A DNA stretch of 64,000 nucleotides from Dehalococcoidia bacterium. Lineage in GTDB: Bacteria > Chloroflexota > Dehalococcoidia > Plut-88900. The DNA is taken from the NCBI GenBank assembly GCA_965197645.1, contig OZ240219.1, positions 1,088,001-1,152,000 on the forward strand, written 5' to 3'. A model generated the notes under the pieces. The model was not told the DNA's origin. It made no database searches and saw nothing but the letters and a program-made list of their open reading frames with translations. A program made the position numbers and the translations under genes. Below, piece by piece: positions 36,401-52,400 of the stretch (position 1 is its first letter; every line of letters starts with the position of its first letter).

Positions 36401-37509
36401 CGATCGACGTCTCCCAGGACTATGTCTATGGAGCCGAGGATGACTACGGCGTCGGCTATATAGGCGCCCTTCAGCATATGTCGCAGGGCCATCAGATTGG
36501 CGAAGGACGGGGTCCTCATCTTGATGCGGTGAGGCTTGTCCCTGCCACTGCCCACCAGATAGACGCCCATCTCGCCGCGGGGGTTCTCTGTGCGGACGTA
36601 GACATCGTTTGCGGGGGCCCGCAGGGTGCGGGGCGTTTTGGCCATGACTGGACCGCCGGGTATCTTGGCCCGGGCCTGTTTGACTATCTTGATCGACTCC
36701 CACATCTCGGCCATGCGCACCAGGTACCGGTCGTAGCAGTCGCCGTTCAGGCCCGTGGGCACATCGAAATCGAACTCCGGGTAAACGGAGTAAGGCTCGG
36801 TCTTTCTCAGGTCCATGGCTACGCCGGTGGCCCGCAGGTTGGGGCCGCTCATGCCATAGTCGATGGCGGTCTCGGCGTCGATTATCCCGACACCAAGGGT
36901 CCTCTCGAGGAAGACCTCGTTCTCATTGAGGAGGTCCTGGCACTCGATGATACCCTTTTCCAGGGCGGGGAACAGATCGTCCAACCGGTTGTTGAAGTCG
37001 TCGGGCAGGTCCTGGAAGACGCCGCCGACACGAAAGAAGCCGTGCATCATCCGGGCGCCGCTGACCGATTCAAAGACGGACTGTATGTGCTCCCTCTCCT
37101 TGAATCCGTACAGAAAGGGCGTGAGGGCGCCGCAGTCTCCGCCGAAGGCGCCGTAGAACATCAGGTGACTGGCTATCCGGTTCAGCTCACACATTATGAT
37201 CCTGATGTACTGGGCGCGTTCCGGGACCTCCAGGCCCATCAGCTTTTCCACCGCCATCACGTAGGGGAGCTCGTTGTTGAAGGAGGAGAGGTAGTCCAGC
37301 CGATCGAAGAGATCGATGATTTGGCGATAGTCCTCGGCCTCGCACAGCTTCTCAGACCCCCTGTGCAGGTAACCGATGTGGGGCTCCAGATCGGCGATCA
37401 GCTCTCCGTCCACCGTCAACAGCATGCGGAACACGCCGTGGGTACTGGGGTGCTGGGGCCCCATGTTGATCATCATGTCGACGGTCTCGAGGTGCTGCTC
37501 GGTGGTCAC
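36397..37509 (-). CDS. nuoD: NADH-quinone oxidoreductase subunit D
   Basis: NMGPQHPSTHGVFR, GYLHRG, RLDY, ENPRGE, SIDIVLGDVDR. Confidence 0.97.
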   Translation of the reverse strand: MTTEQHLETVDMMINMGPQHPSTHGVFRMLLTVDGELIADLEPHIGYLHRGSEKLCEAEDYRQIIDLFDRLDYLSSFNNELPYVMAVEKLMGLEVPERAQYIRIIMCELNRIASHLMFYGAFGGDCGALTPFLYGFKEREHIQSVFESVSGARMMHGFFRVGGVFQDLPDDFNNRLDDLFPALEKGIIECQDLLNENEVFLERTLGVGIIDAETAIDYGMSGPNLRATGVAMDLRKTEPYSVYPEFDFDVPTGLNGDCYDRYLVRMAEMWESIKIVKQARAKIPGGPVMAKTPRTLRAPANDVYVRTENPRGEMGVYLVGSGRDKPHRIKMRTPSFANLMALRHMLKGAYIADAVVILGSIDIVLGDVDR

Positions 37510-38030
37510 TGCGGCACCTCGATGTCGTCGGGTATCTCAATTTCGGCGAAGGGATACTCTTTCCGGCCCGGGTAGCCTTCGAACCCGTCCCAGAGGAGCA
37601 GGTGCTTGGGATTGGGATGACCTTCGAAGATGACCCCGAACAGCTCGGCGCCCTCCCGTTCGTACCACTCGGCGCCGCGCCAGACGGGAGTGACCGAGGC
37701 GAACACCGGGTTGTCCTTGGGGGCGCTGGCCTTCACCACCGCCGTGTGGCCCTGTCCAGTGGAGTAGAGATGCAACACTACCTGGAACTCGTCGTCATGC
37801 TCCACAACGGACAGGCAGCGCATGAAATCGAACCGGAGAGTCGAGTCATCCTTTGCCAGCTGGGCGAAATCGCGTAGGCTGAGGGGGTCGATGGTCAACT
37901 CCACTCCGTCCATGCCGACGGTGATGCCGGGGTTGAATCGAGAGAAGGTCCGCTCCAGGGTCTGGACGTACTCCTGGGTGCGAGGGTCCAGTTCCCTTCC
38001 TTCGTCCTGTTCCGTTTCCTTCTTGGCCAT
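37506..38030 (-). CDS. nuoC: NADH-quinone oxidoreductase subunit C
   Basis: WYEREGAELFGVIFEGHP, GYPGRKEYP. Confidence 0.93.
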   Translation of the reverse strand: MAKKETEQDEGRELDPRTQEYVQTLERTFSRFNPGITVGMDGVELTIDPLSLRDFAQLAKDDSTLRFDFMRCLSVVEHDDEFQVVLHLYSTGQGHTAVVKASAPKDNPVFASVTPVWRGAEWYEREGAELFGVIFEGHPNPKHLLLWDGFEGYPGRKEYPFAEIEIPDDIEVPQ

Positions 38031-38552
38031 CTAATCGTTACCGGCGTCTTCGCTCTCGCTCATGATCTTCTCTTGAAGCTTGATCAGGCCGTCCATCAGG
38101 GCTTCGGGGCGAGGAGGACAGCCGGGGATGTAGATGTCCACCGGCACTATGTGGTCGACTCCCATCACCACCGAGTAGGACTTCTGATAGGGCCCTCCGG
38201 CGCTGGCGCAGCTTCCCATGGCTATGACCCACTTGGGAGAGGGCATCTGTTCATAGAGCAGCTTTATCGGCTCCTCCATCTTCTTGACCACGGTGCCCGC
38301 CACGATCATCACGTCTGATTGTCGGGGCGACGGCCAGGTAACTATGCCGAACCGGTCCAGATCGTGGTGGGACATGAAGGTGCTCATCATCTCGATGGCA
38401 CAGCAGGCCAGGCCGAACTGCAAAGGCCACAGCGATGATTTTCTGGCCATGGCGAACAGCTTCTCGGCCTTGGCGGTTATCACCCCAGGCGCGGCGGTCT
38501 TGAACAGGCTCTTGCCCGGCCAGTTCCGGCCTTGGCCGGATTCTATTTCCAT
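38031..38552 (-). CDS. nuoB: NADH-quinone oxidoreductase subunit B
   Basis: [29 protein letters not shown]. Confidence 0.96.
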   Translation of the reverse strand: MEIESGQGRNWPGKSLFKTAAPGVITAKAEKLFAMARKSSLWPLQFGLACCAIEMMSTFMSHHDLDRFGIVTWPSPRQSDVMIVAGTVVKKMEEPIKLLYEQMPSPKWVIAMGSCASAGGPYQKSYSVVMGVDHIVPVDIYIPGCPPRPEALMDGLIKLQEKIMSESEDAGND

Positions 38553-38911
38553 TGGAGGACACCCTTTCGCCAGGCGTATATCAGGCCGAAGAAGAGGATT
38601 GCGATGAACAGGATCATCTCGTAGAACAGTATGGCGCCGCCGCTTTTGAATATGACCGCCCACGGGAACAGAAAGACCGCTTCGACATCGAAGATGAGGA
38701 ACAGAATGGCGAATATGTAGTACCTGATGTGGATCTGCGACCAGAAGCGGCCCACCGGAGGAATGCCGCATTCGTAAGGCGTGTCTTTGGCCGCGGACTT
38801 GTGCTTCGGGGCCAGGATGTACGACATGGCGAAGGAAAATAGGACCAGGCCCACGCCCACTATGGTGGCGATGAGTACGGCCGTGTAGTCCAGCGAGTAG
38901 TCGGCAGGCAT
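38543..38911 (-). CDS. nuoA: NADH-quinone oxidoreductase subunit A
   Basis: [30 protein letters not shown]. Confidence 0.96.
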   Translation of the reverse strand: MPADYSLDYTAVLIATIVGVGLVLFSFAMSYILAPKHKSAAKDTPYECGIPPVGRFWSQIHIRYYIFAILFLIFDVEAVFLFPWAVIFKSGGAILFYEMILFIAILFFGLIYAWRKGVLQWK

Positions 38912-38961
38912 AGCTCGCCCCTTCTTATGTTATAGGGCTACGCAGGCGAGGACGGAAGAGC

Positions 38962-38970
38962 ATTATAGCA
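38962..38970 (-). promoter_or_regulatory. extended -10 promoter of the nuo operon
   Basis: TGCTATAAT about 50 nt upstream of nuoA. Confidence 0.6.
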
Positions 38971-38975
38971 TAGGC

Positions 38976-39305
38976 TCACGATATCAACGCCCTGACAAAC
39001 AGGCCCAGCCCCCACCCCAGCAACAAGGAGGGTACCATCCCTATGGCCGGCCTGGGATTTCTCTCCGGCTTCTGGTCCCCTTCGTAGTAGAGACGCACGA
39101 TGGCGACCAGGACCACTACAGCAATGATGTAGGCCGAGACGGTGGTCACCTTCAGGACTACGCCCAGCACGAATCCGGCTGCGAGCCAGGCCATAAGCTC
39201 TAGCTCGGCGCGGCCCAAGTGGCCCCAGCTGTCGGCGGGACGCCTTGCTGGCCCGGGAGTTGCTTTGGACCGGTCCTGCTCCGTCTCTTGTGATTGCTCG
39301 GTCAT
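38976..39305 (-). CDS. hypothetical small membrane protein (about 3 TM)
   Basis: Hydrophobic segments; fills the gap between tmk and nuoA in the same orientation. Confidence 0.65.
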   Translation of the reverse strand: MTEQSQETEQDRSKATPGPARRPADSWGHLGRAELELMAWLAAGFVLGVVLKVTTVSAYIIAVVVLVAIVRLYYEGDQKPERNPRPAIGMVPSLLLGWGLGLFVRALIS

Positions 39306-39322
39306 GGGGTATCTGCTCCAGA

Positions 39323-40003
39323 TCAGGCAAGAGCGGGCGCAAGCACCGATTCTACCTTTTCCCAGATGGCTTCCCTTACATCTTCCTGGGACCTGCTGGC
39401 GTCGACTATCACCCAGCGGTCCGGTTCTTCCTCGGCCAGCTTCAGGTAGCCCTGCCGCACCCGCATGTGGAACTCCATCGCCTCCTCCTCGAACTTGCGC
39501 TGGTTTTCGTCATCCTGCCGGCCCCCGATTTGCGGAGCGCTTTCGTCCAAGGACAGTCTAACCTGGATGGGGCTCAGCCGTTTCAGGGCATCTTCAGGTT
39601 CTACGTCCATGAACAGGGTCAGATCGGGCATGACCTGCTGAGTGGCGATGGTGTTAATGGCCCGCACCTGTTCCAGGCTGAGACGACGGCCGTATCCCTG
39701 GTATGCCGTCGTAGAGTCCACGTACCTATCGGTAACGACGATGATCCCTGCCTTGAGCGAGGGCTTGATCACGGTTGAGACCAGTTCGGCTCGTGCTGCA
39801 GAGAAGAGGAAGAGCTCGGCGCTGTAGGACATGGAGATCTCCCCCTTGATCAGAGGCCTCAGCCGTTCGGCGAGCACCGTGCCGCCGGGCTCGTGGACCA
39901 GAAGACATTTGTATCCCTGCTCCGTCAACCGGTCCCTGAGCAACTGGGCTTGGGTGGTCTTTCCTGTGCCTTCGCCACCCTCGAAGGAGATGAACAAGCT
40001 CAA
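39323..40003 (-). CDS. tmk: thymidylate kinase
   Basis: FISFEGGEGTGKTTQ, EPGGT, DRYVDSTTAYQGYGR. Confidence 0.95.
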   Translation of the reverse strand: MSLFISFEGGEGTGKTTQAQLLRDRLTEQGYKCLLVHEPGGTVLAERLRPLIKGEISMSYSAELFLFSAARAELVSTVIKPSLKAGIIVVTDRYVDSTTAYQGYGRRLSLEQVRAINTIATQQVMPDLTLFMDVEPEDALKRLSPIQVRLSLDESAPQIGGRQDDENQRKFEEEAMEFHMRVRQGYLKLAEEEPDRWVIVDASRSQEDVREAIWEKVESVLAPALA

Positions 40004-40074
40004 AGCGTCTCCTGCCGCGGTAGTCCCAAGAGAATATACCAGATTGAGGGGTAATGAACGAGGAGAATATGCGG

Positions 40075-41601
40075 TTAGCCGGACAGGTCTACGGCTTTCA
40101 TCAAATGGACTCTGCGGGAAGGCTCGCTGCCGCTGCTGCGAGAGAGTAGGTTGGAGCGCTCCGCTACCAGGTGCTGCAGCCTGCGAATGAAAGCGCTCTG
40201 CGGACTGAGCTCCACGGAATCAGCGCCGTCCAGTATCTTGTCAACGGCTTTCTCGGCCTCTTGGATTGCGGTGTTTATGGAATCGGAGGGCCGGTCCAGG
40301 CCGTACATGGTGGCCAGGGACTGCTGGATCTGGGGCATGCTGCTGCGACGCAGGACGAAGATGGGAATGCCCTCGGCTTCGGCGGCCCGAAGAGTCTGGG
40401 GCCGCTTTCTGTAGTAGGTCTTGGTGGTCATTATGATATCGGCGTCACGGATGCTGTTCACCACCGAGACGGGGAGCTTCATCTTCTTGACCATGTCTTC
40501 CAGCCGGCTGCGGTTTACTCCGAAGGGGTATATCCGGGAGGAGGCAGAGGTTGTTTGGAGGGTCTCCAGTGGGGCATTGACGGTGGTGGGAGCCTCGGCG
40601 CCCGACTCCTTGCGGACCTGCCCCTCGGTGTCCAGCCAGCGCTCCTCGGGAGGCAGGGGACGCTGCCGCAGGATGGCGTCGACGGTCTTGGCCACCTCTG
40701 GGTGGACGGCGACCTTCTCCCAATTCTGGATCTCGACGACGATGTCGAAGGTAGGCGGTGCTTTGCGTTCCAGGATCGATTTCTGGGTCCGACGTCGCCT
40801 CGCTTCTTCGTCTCCCAGGGTCACCGACTGAATGCCGCCGACCAGATCGGATAGGGTGGGATTCATAATCAGGTTTTCCAGGGTGTTGCCGTGGGCCGTA
40901 GCCACCAACTGCACGCCCCGTTCGGCGATGGTCCGGGCGGCGGAGGCCTCGAGCTCGACGCCGATCTCATCGATGATTATGACCTGGGGCATGTGGTTCT
41001 CCACGGCCTCTATCATCACGGCGTGCTGGAGGAGGGGGGTGGGTACCTGCATCCGTCGCGCAGGGCCGATGGCCGGATGAGGGATATCGCCGTCGCCGGC
41101 GATCTCGTTGGACGTATCGACGATTATCACCCGCTTCTTCATATCGTCGGCGAGGACGCGGGCAACCTCTCTCAGCATGGTCGTTTTGCCGACTCCGGGC
41201 CGTCCCAGAAGGAGAATGCTCTTGCCGGACTCGACCAGGTCCTGGATGATGCCGATGGTACCGTGCACGGCCCGGCCCACCCGGGAGGTTAGGCCTACGA
41301 TACCGCCTTTTCGGTTGCGAATGGCGGAAATCCGGTGCAGGGTCCTCTCGATGCCGGCCCGATTATCATCGCCGAACGTGCCGGTCCGGCTCACAACGTA
41401 ATCGATGTCCTCTCCTGTGACTTCTCGTTCGGCGAGGGTGATCTCTGCAGTGGCGAACCGGGCTTCGGGCAGGCGGCCCAGGTCCAGGACGACCTCCAGC
41501 AAGTCGCTGCTGTCGGCGCGGTCTCGCAAGGGGTTCTGCAGATGGGGCGGTAGGACGTCGAAGAGGGCATCCAGGTCGTCAGTGATCTGCTTTTCGATCA
41601 A
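40075..41601 (-). CDS. SpoIIIAA/Ycf45-like AAA ATPase with C-terminal R3H domain
   Basis: DLGRLPEAR, GRPGVGKTT, DTSNEIAGDGD, IIIDEIG, ATAHG, R3H motif RRLQH. Confidence 0.92.
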   Translation of the reverse strand: MIEKQITDDLDALFDVLPPHLQNPLRDRADSSDLLEVVLDLGRLPEARFATAEITLAEREVTGEDIDYVVSRTGTFGDDNRAGIERTLHRISAIRNRKGGIVGLTSRVGRAVHGTIGIIQDLVESGKSILLLGRPGVGKTTMLREVARVLADDMKKRVIIVDTSNEIAGDGDIPHPAIGPARRMQVPTPLLQHAVMIEAVENHMPQVIIIDEIGVELEASAARTIAERGVQLVATAHGNTLENLIMNPTLSDLVGGIQSVTLGDEEARRRRTQKSILERKAPPTFDIVVEIQNWEKVAVHPEVAKTVDAILRQRPLPPEERWLDTEGQVRKESGAEAPTTVNAPLETLQTTSASSRIYPFGVNRSRLEDMVKKMKLPVSVVNSIRDADIIMTTKTYYRKRPQTLRAAEAEGIPIFVLRRSSMPQIQQSLATMYGLDRPSDSINTAIQEAEKAVDKILDGADSVELSPQSAFIRRLQHLVAERSNLLSRSSGSEPSRRVHLMKAVDLSG

Positions 41602-41616
41602 AGGGGGTCTCTCCGG

Positions 41617-42543
41617 CTACTTTACGCCGATGGGCACCAGCGAAGGCCGCCTTACCCTCGCCGTGATGTACCGGACCGCCGCCGTGTATTCTTCGACAGG
41701 CTTGAAGCCCTTGGATTCCAGGACGTTGCCCAGGGGCGCCTGGTAATCGGACGCCAGGCAGTAGACCTGGGAGGCCCCGCAGATGGCGAGGCCAGCCTCT
41801 ACCAGGCGGTCTTCGATGCCGAGCTCCGGTCTGGCCACGATCTGCAGAAAGGAGCTGCGCCGGTCTCCGGAAGCTCGCAGCCAGCCCGCCAACGTGCCGT
41901 TGTGACGGTAGACGTACTCGCGGCTGTGCTGGCCGGTCCAGGAGCGATGGACGTCACCCCAATCGTCCAGGGTCTCGCCCTCCGCCTCTCGCACGCGAGG
42001 AGGATAAACGGCGTTGAAGAGTTGAAACACGCCGAATTCATCGGCCGGGGACTTGATATCCAGACCCAGCAAAGAGGGGTCGACGCTACTTCTCAGGCTC
42101 CAGTGCGGGTTCTCGTGGGCATATAGGAGCTCCCGGCCGTAGAAGGAGAAGCCGATGGACCGGAGTTCAGATGTGTAGGAGCAGTTGGTGGACAGACGGA
42201 GGAAGATCTTATCTACGCCCATCTGTCCTGCGCCTAGGGCCAGGCCGTGAACGACGTTCATCTCCTCCTGAAAGGAATCGGGCAGGAAGGCCAGCTGATC
42301 GATCTCCCAGGCGGAAGCGCCTCGGCGGCTATGGGCCGAAACCAGCCCTGTTATCTGCAACCTTTGGGAGGCTATCCATGTGTGGCGCTCGCTGGAAGCG
42401 CTGAGCCAGTGGACGGGTAGAAGTTCCTTGATGGACAGGTTTGGACTGCCTACTCTGTTCCGAGGCTTAGCGTGGTTAGGGAGCTTCCTCAACTCGGAGA
42501 AGGGGAGCTTGAGCAGATCCGTGGACGAAAGGGACCTTATCAT
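41617..42543 (-). CDS. hypothetical protein, probable tandem GNAT-like fold
   Basis: Operonic position (ATGA overlap with pdxT). GNAT-like ends SIGFS and LESKGF. Confidence 0.6.
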   Translation of the reverse strand: MIRSLSSTDLLKLPFSELRKLPNHAKPRNRVGSPNLSIKELLPVHWLSASSERHTWIASQRLQITGLVSAHSRRGASAWEIDQLAFLPDSFQEEMNVVHGLALGAGQMGVDKIFLRLSTNCSYTSELRSIGFSFYGRELLYAHENPHWSLRSSVDPSLLGLDIKSPADEFGVFQLFNAVYPPRVREAEGETLDDWGDVHRSWTGQHSREYVYRHNGTLAGWLRASGDRRSSFLQIVARPELGIEDRLVEAGLAICGASQVYCLASDYQAPLGNVLESKGFKPVEEYTAAVRYITARVRRPSLVPIGVK

Positions 42544-43124
42544 CCGCCGTTCATACCTGCCAGTTCCAAAAAGTACCTGTGAAACCGGGGATCGTTGGTG
42601 AGCTCCGGGTGGAAGGAGGTGACCATGACCTTGTCCTGGCGGGCGGCCACGGCGCTGCTGTCAGAAAGCTCGGCGATCACGTCCACGGCGGGGCCCACAC
42701 GCTCTATGACAGGGGCTCGGATGAAGACCGCACGAAAGGGTTCACTACCGAGGGTCGATACGGAGAGGTCTGTTTCGAAGCTATCGATCTGGCGTCCGTA
42801 GCCGTTCCTGCGAACGTCCACGTCTATTAGCTTCATCGGCTCGAGCCAGTCTTCGATCACCGTCTGGGCCACTACTATCAGGCCTGCGCAGGTGCCCCAA
42901 ACGGGCAGCCCGGCTCTACCAAGCTTCTTGATGGCCTCGCTGAGGCCGTAGAGGTCCATCAGCTTGGTAATGGTGGTGCTCTCGCCGCCCGGAATGATCA
43001 GGCCGTCCAGCCGCTCCAACTGCTCGGGGAGACGGACCTCCACCGGCTCCACCCCCAGACCCGCCAGCATCTGGGTGTGCTCGGCAAAATCGCCCTGGAT
43101 AGCCAGAACGCCGATTTTGCTCAT
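42540..43124 (-). CDS. pdxT: pyridoxal 5'-phosphate synthase glutaminase subunit
   Basis: GVLAIQGDFAEH, PGGEST, GTCAG, FHPELT. Confidence 0.97.
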   Translation of the reverse strand: MSKIGVLAIQGDFAEHTQMLAGLGVEPVEVRLPEQLERLDGLIIPGGESTTITKLMDLYGLSEAIKKLGRAGLPVWGTCAGLIVVAQTVIEDWLEPMKLIDVDVRRNGYGRQIDSFETDLSVSTLGSEPFRAVFIRAPVIERVGPAVDVIAELSDSSAVAARQDKVMVTSFHPELTNDPRFHRYFLELAGMNGG

Positions 43125-43145
43125 AGGAATAAGGCGACTCTCCCT

Positions 43146-44027
43146 TTATGTACCTCTTACCGCGAGCAGCTCTTCTTCGGGTATAGCCTTGACGGATATT
43201 CCCCTCATCGGGTCGCCCAGGCCTTCGGATACCCTGGCTATGATATCGGGGTTTCGGAAGTGGGTGGTGGCCTCTACGATGGCCTTGGCCATTACCGGCG
43301 GATTCCCCGACTTGAAGATGCCCGAGCCCACAAATACGCCTTCCGCTCCCAGCTGCATTACCAGGGCCGCATCGGACGGGGTGGCCACGCCACCGGCACA
43401 GAAATTGACCACCGGCAGCTTGCCCGTTTCGTGGACCTCCCTGATTATCTCGAAAGGAGCGCCCAGGTTCTTGGCCTCGGTCATCAGCTGCTCTTCACCC
43501 AAGGCCTGGATCCGTTTCATTCCGTCCTGTACGGACCTGATGTGCTTCACAGCCTCGACGATGTCACCGGTCCCGGCCTCGCCCTTGGTCCTTATCATGG
43601 CGGCGCCTTCGCCAATGCGGCGCAGAGCTTCACCCAGGTCGCGGCAGCCGCATACGAAGGGCACCTTGAAATCGTACTTCCACACGTGGTGAACTTCGTC
43701 GGCGGGGGTCAGCACCTCCGACTCATCGATGTAGTCGACTCCCAGGGCTTGGAGCACCTGGGCCTCGACGAAGTGACCGATGCGGCACTTGGCCATAACT
43801 GGGATGGTGACCGCTCTGATAATCTCGTTGATCTTTTGAGGATCTGACATGCGAGCGACGCCGCCGGCAGCCCGAATGTCGGCGGGCACCCGCTCCAGGG
43901 CCATCACCGCCACGGCGCCGGCGTCCTCGGCTATCTTGGCGTGCTCGGCGGTCACGACGTCCATGATGACGCCGCCCTTGAGCATCTGGGCCAGTCCCCT
44001 CTTTTCAGTCCACGTGCTCTTTTCCAT
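43146..44027 (-). CDS. pdxS: pyridoxal 5'-phosphate synthase lyase subunit
   Basis: [48 protein letters not shown]. Confidence 0.98.
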   Translation of the reverse strand: MEKSTWTEKRGLAQMLKGGVIMDVVTAEHAKIAEDAGAVAVMALERVPADIRAAGGVARMSDPQKINEIIRAVTIPVMAKCRIGHFVEAQVLQALGVDYIDESEVLTPADEVHHVWKYDFKVPFVCGCRDLGEALRRIGEGAAMIRTKGEAGTGDIVEAVKHIRSVQDGMKRIQALGEEQLMTEAKNLGAPFEIIREVHETGKLPVVNFCAGGVATPSDAALVMQLGAEGVFVGSGIFKSGNPPVMAKAIVEATTHFRNPDIIARVSEGLGDPMRGISVKAIPEEELLAVRGT

Positions 44028-44155
44028 TCCGCTTCCTCCTGGTCTAATCGGGTAAGAAAGGGGACAGACTAGTTGCGGGTCCCCGGAGATTTCTCATGCT
44101 ATATATTAACATATCGTTCCCACTCGACCGGACAGTAGGTCTGGACCTGGTTCTG

Positions 44156-45100
44156 TCAAGCTCCTCGGGCCGCGCCCACCAGTTGAGACAGGGTACCGAT
44201 GGACTGAGAACTCATGTAATCCCTGATGCCATCCAGCACATCCAGGCAAGCTCTGGGATTGAGGAAGTTGGCCGTGCCCACCTGTACGGCCGAGGCGCCG
44301 GCCATGATGAACGCCAGGGCGTCCCCGGCATCGGAGATGCCTCCCATTCCAACTACCGGAACACTCACGGCGCCGGACACCTTGTAGACCATGGACAGGG
44401 CCATCGGTTTGATGGCCGGCCCGGAAAGACCGCCCATGACCGTGCTCAACGTGGGTCTTCGCTTGGCCAGGTCCATGGACATTCCGACGAAGGTGTTGAC
44501 CAGCGATATGGCATCGGCGCCGGCGTCCTCTACCACGCGAGCGATCTCTACGATGTCCGTGACGTTGGGGGTGAGCTTGACGACCAACGGGAGATCGGTG
44601 GCTGCTCTCATCGCTCCGGTTACCTCGGCAGCGGTCTCCGGGTGGATTCCGAACTCCATGCCTCCCCGTTCCACGTTGGGGCAGCCGATGTTGGCCTCGA
44701 AACCGCTGATTCCATCCACGCCGTCCAGTATCCGGACTATCTCTCCGTACTCGTCTACTGTATCGCCGGCGACGTTGACGATGACCCTGGTTTTCCAGGT
44801 AGCCCATATGGGCGCCAGGTCTCGTTTGACCGCCTCGGGACCGATGTTCTGGAGGCCGATGGTGTTGAGCAGACCGGAGGTGGTCTCGGCCAGCCGCGGC
44901 TGGGGGTTGCCGTCCCGAGGGTTGCGTGTTATCCCTTTCGACACCAGACCGCCAAACTGGTCAAGATCGATCGCGCCGGCCAACTCGGTGCCGTACCCCA
45001 CCGTCCCTGACGCCCCGATGACGGGGTTTCTCAGGGCTAGCCCGTGGTTGTTGGCCGGGGCCAACTCTACCGAGAGATCTGGAACGACCGTAGTTGCCAT
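44156..45100 (-). CDS. pyrD: dihydroorotate dehydrogenase family 1 catalytic subunit
   Basis: ASGT, GNPQPR, NIGCPN, VKLTPNVTDI, GGLSGPAIKP, QVGTANF. Confidence 0.95.
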   Translation of the reverse strand: MATTVVPDLSVELAPANNHGLALRNPVIGASGTVGYGTELAGAIDLDQFGGLVSKGITRNPRDGNPQPRLAETTSGLLNTIGLQNIGPEAVKRDLAPIWATWKTRVIVNVAGDTVDEYGEIVRILDGVDGISGFEANIGCPNVERGGMEFGIHPETAAEVTGAMRAATDLPLVVKLTPNVTDIVEIARVVEDAGADAISLVNTFVGMSMDLAKRRPTLSTVMGGLSGPAIKPMALSMVYKVSGAVSVPVVGMGGISDAGDALAFIMAGASAVQVGTANFLNPRACLDVLDGIRDYMSSQSIGTLSQLVGAARGA

Positions 45101-45110
45101 CTTGGCTTGA

Positions 45111-49400
<4,290 letters not shown>

Positions 49401-49489
49401 GCGTTGCAGTTCCCCTTTTTCCGGTTCAGATTCTTGTTAGGATCCTTATAAGGCTGGGCCAGTTCAGATGCCGGTTACTCGTTGGGTGC

Positions 49490-52400
49490 CTAGGAATCGG
49501 CTAGCTTGTCCAGCGACAGGTCTACCTCGATACCCAAGGAGACGCCTTCCAGGGTGGGGGTATCGCCCTCTATCTGCTCCGGAGCTTCCTCCTCCAGCCC
49601 CTCTTCTTCCTCCACCTCTTCGTTCAACAGCTCCACGGATAGACCAAGGCTCTGCAGCTCTTTCTGCAGCACCCGGAAGGACTCGGGGACTCCGGGCTGG
49701 AAGACGTTTTCACCTTTGACGATGGACTCATAGGTCTTGACGCGTCCGGCCACGTCGTCGGACTTCACGGTCAGCATCTCCTGCAGGTTGTGTGCGGCGC
49801 TGTAGGCCTCCAGCGCCCAGACCTCCATCTCGCCGAAGCGCTGTCCTCCAAACTGGGCCTTGCCTCCCAGGGGCTGCTGGGTTATGAGGGAGTAGGGGCC
49901 TGTGGACCTGGCATGGATCTTGTCCTCTACCAGGTGTACCAGCTTCATCATGTAGATGGGGCCGACGGTTATCGGCTGATTGAAGGACTCACCGGAGCGG
50001 CCGTCTCTGAGGGTGGTCTTGCCGAAGAACGGTGGGGCCACGTCCTTATCGAGAACCACCTCTCTCAACAGCTTCTCCAAGTCTCCGTTACTTTCTGCCT
50101 GTTTGGCTTCGGCGCCCACTCCCGTCTCTTCCAGCCAGAGGCGAAGGCAGGCTTCCCGGGCAACGCCGGGATGCTCATCGCTCATCACCTTCTCGCCGTC
50201 GAAGCCCTGCTCTGCAAGCCAGTCGACGATCTTTCCCTGCTCCTGAATACGGTCCTCATTATCCAGGGAGTAGTTGAACACACCGGCTTTCTGGGCCAGC
50301 CAGACGCGGGAGAGGGAGTCTTCTATGGTCGTATCGGTGGCTCCATCGAAGACGGGCGAGGTCACCTTGAACCCGAGGGTCTGGGCCGCCAGGCCCAGAT
50401 GGGTCTCCAGTATCTGCCCCAGGTTCATTCGAGAGGGCACGCCGATGGGATTGAGGACGATGTCGACGGGGGTCCCGTCGGGTAGGAAGGGCATATCCTC
50501 CTCGGGGAGGATGACGGCTATGACGCCCTTGTTACCGTGGCGCCCGGCCATCTTATCGCCCTCGGCTATCTTGCGGGTCTGGGCTACCCATACCCTGACC
50601 ATCTGGTTGACGCCTGGGGAGAGCTCGTCCTTGTCCGCCCTGGACAGCACCTTGACGTCGATGACCTTGCCCTGCTCCCCGTGGGGCACCCGGAGGCAGG
50701 TGTCCTTTACCTCCCGGGCCTTCTCGCCGAAGATGGCCCTGAGAAGCTTCTCCTCGGCGGTAAGCTCGGTCTCCCCCTTCGGCGTGATCTTGCCGACCAG
50801 GATGTCTCCCGGTCCGACCTCTGCGCCGATACGGATGATCCCGTACTCGTCAAGGTCCTTGAGACTCTCTTCACCCACGTTGGGGATGTCCCGGGTGATC
50901 TCCTCGGCTCCCAGCTTAGTGTCCCGGGCCTCGACCTCGTGCTTTTCGATGTGGATGGAGGTGAACTTGTCCTCCTTGACCACCCGCTCGCTGATTACCA
51001 CTGCGTCCTCGTAGTTGTAGCCTTCCCAGCTCATGAAGGCGCAGAGCACGTTCTGGCCCAGGGCCAGCTCTCCCTGATCGGTGGAGGAGCTATCGGCCAG
51101 GACCTGGCCCGGCTTGACCCGTTCGCCCTTCTGAACGATGGGCCTCTGGTTTATGCAGGTGCCTTGATTGCTTCGGACGAACTTGAGCAGGGGGTAGACG
51201 TGTTCCTTGCCATTGCTTTCGGCTAAGGTAATCTCTTCGGCGGAGACGGCCACTACCTCGCCCTCCACCTGGGATAGGCACACCTGGCCGCTGTCCTTGG
51301 CGACGTATGACTCCATGCCGGTGCCGATGAGAGGGGCTTCCGCCCTCAGCAGCGGCACGGCCTGGCGCTGCATGTTGGAGCCCATCAGGGCCCTGTTGGC
51401 GTCGTCGTGCTCGAGGAATGGGATCAGCGAGGTGGAGACGCTGACGATCTGCTTGGGGGAGACGTCCATGAAGTCGATGTTCTCCGGGTCCTCGACCCGC
51501 AGGGTCTCGCCCAGCCTGACCTCCACCTTGTCCGAGATGAAGTGGTTCTGATCGTCCAGGCGGGAGTTGGCCTGGGCTATGGTGTAGGTCTCCTCTTCAT
51601 CCGCTGCCAGGTAGACGATCTCATCGGACACGTAGGGCTGGACCGTGATCTCGGTATCGGGCAGCTTGGCGAGCCGCTTGAAAATCGGCTTGTCGATCAC
51701 CTGGTCCGCTTCGCCGATGGGCTTCCTTCTGCCCATCTGCACGGGTTCCACGAGCTTCTTGCCGATCAGAGCGTCACTCTTGTTGGGGATCTCGCGGATG
51801 ACACGCCGGTAGGGTGTCTCGATGAAGCCGTACTCGTTGATTATGGAATAGGTGGCCAGCGATCCCAGCAGGCCGATGTTGGGTCCTTCGGGAGTCTCGA
51901 TGGGGCAGATGCGCCCGTAGTGGGAGTGGTGGACGTCCCGAACGTCGAAGCCCGCCCGCTCTCTGGACAGGCCTCCCGGCCCGAGGGCGGAAAGGCGCCG
52001 CTTGTGGGTCAGCTCGGCCAGAGGGTTGGTCTGGTCCATGAACTGGGAGAGCTGGGACCCTCCGAAGAACTCCTTGATGGAGGCGACGATGGGTCGGATG
52101 TTGACCAGTCCGCTGGGTACGGCCGTCTCCGGCTCGGTCAGGGTCATCCGCTCGCGGACCACCCGCTCCATTCGTAGTAGTCCGATGCGGAACTGGTTCT
52201 GCATCAGCTCTCCCACGCCCTTTACCCGGCGGTTACCCAGGTGGTCTATGTCATCGACCCCGTCTTCGCCCTTGTTTACCTGGATTACGCCGCGGACAAT
52301 GCCCAGCAGGTCCTCGTTGTTCAACGCGCGATTTCCGAACACCTCGAACAGCCGGTCGGCCTTGGCGTTGGGCAACACCTTGCGCAGTGCGTTGAGGGTT

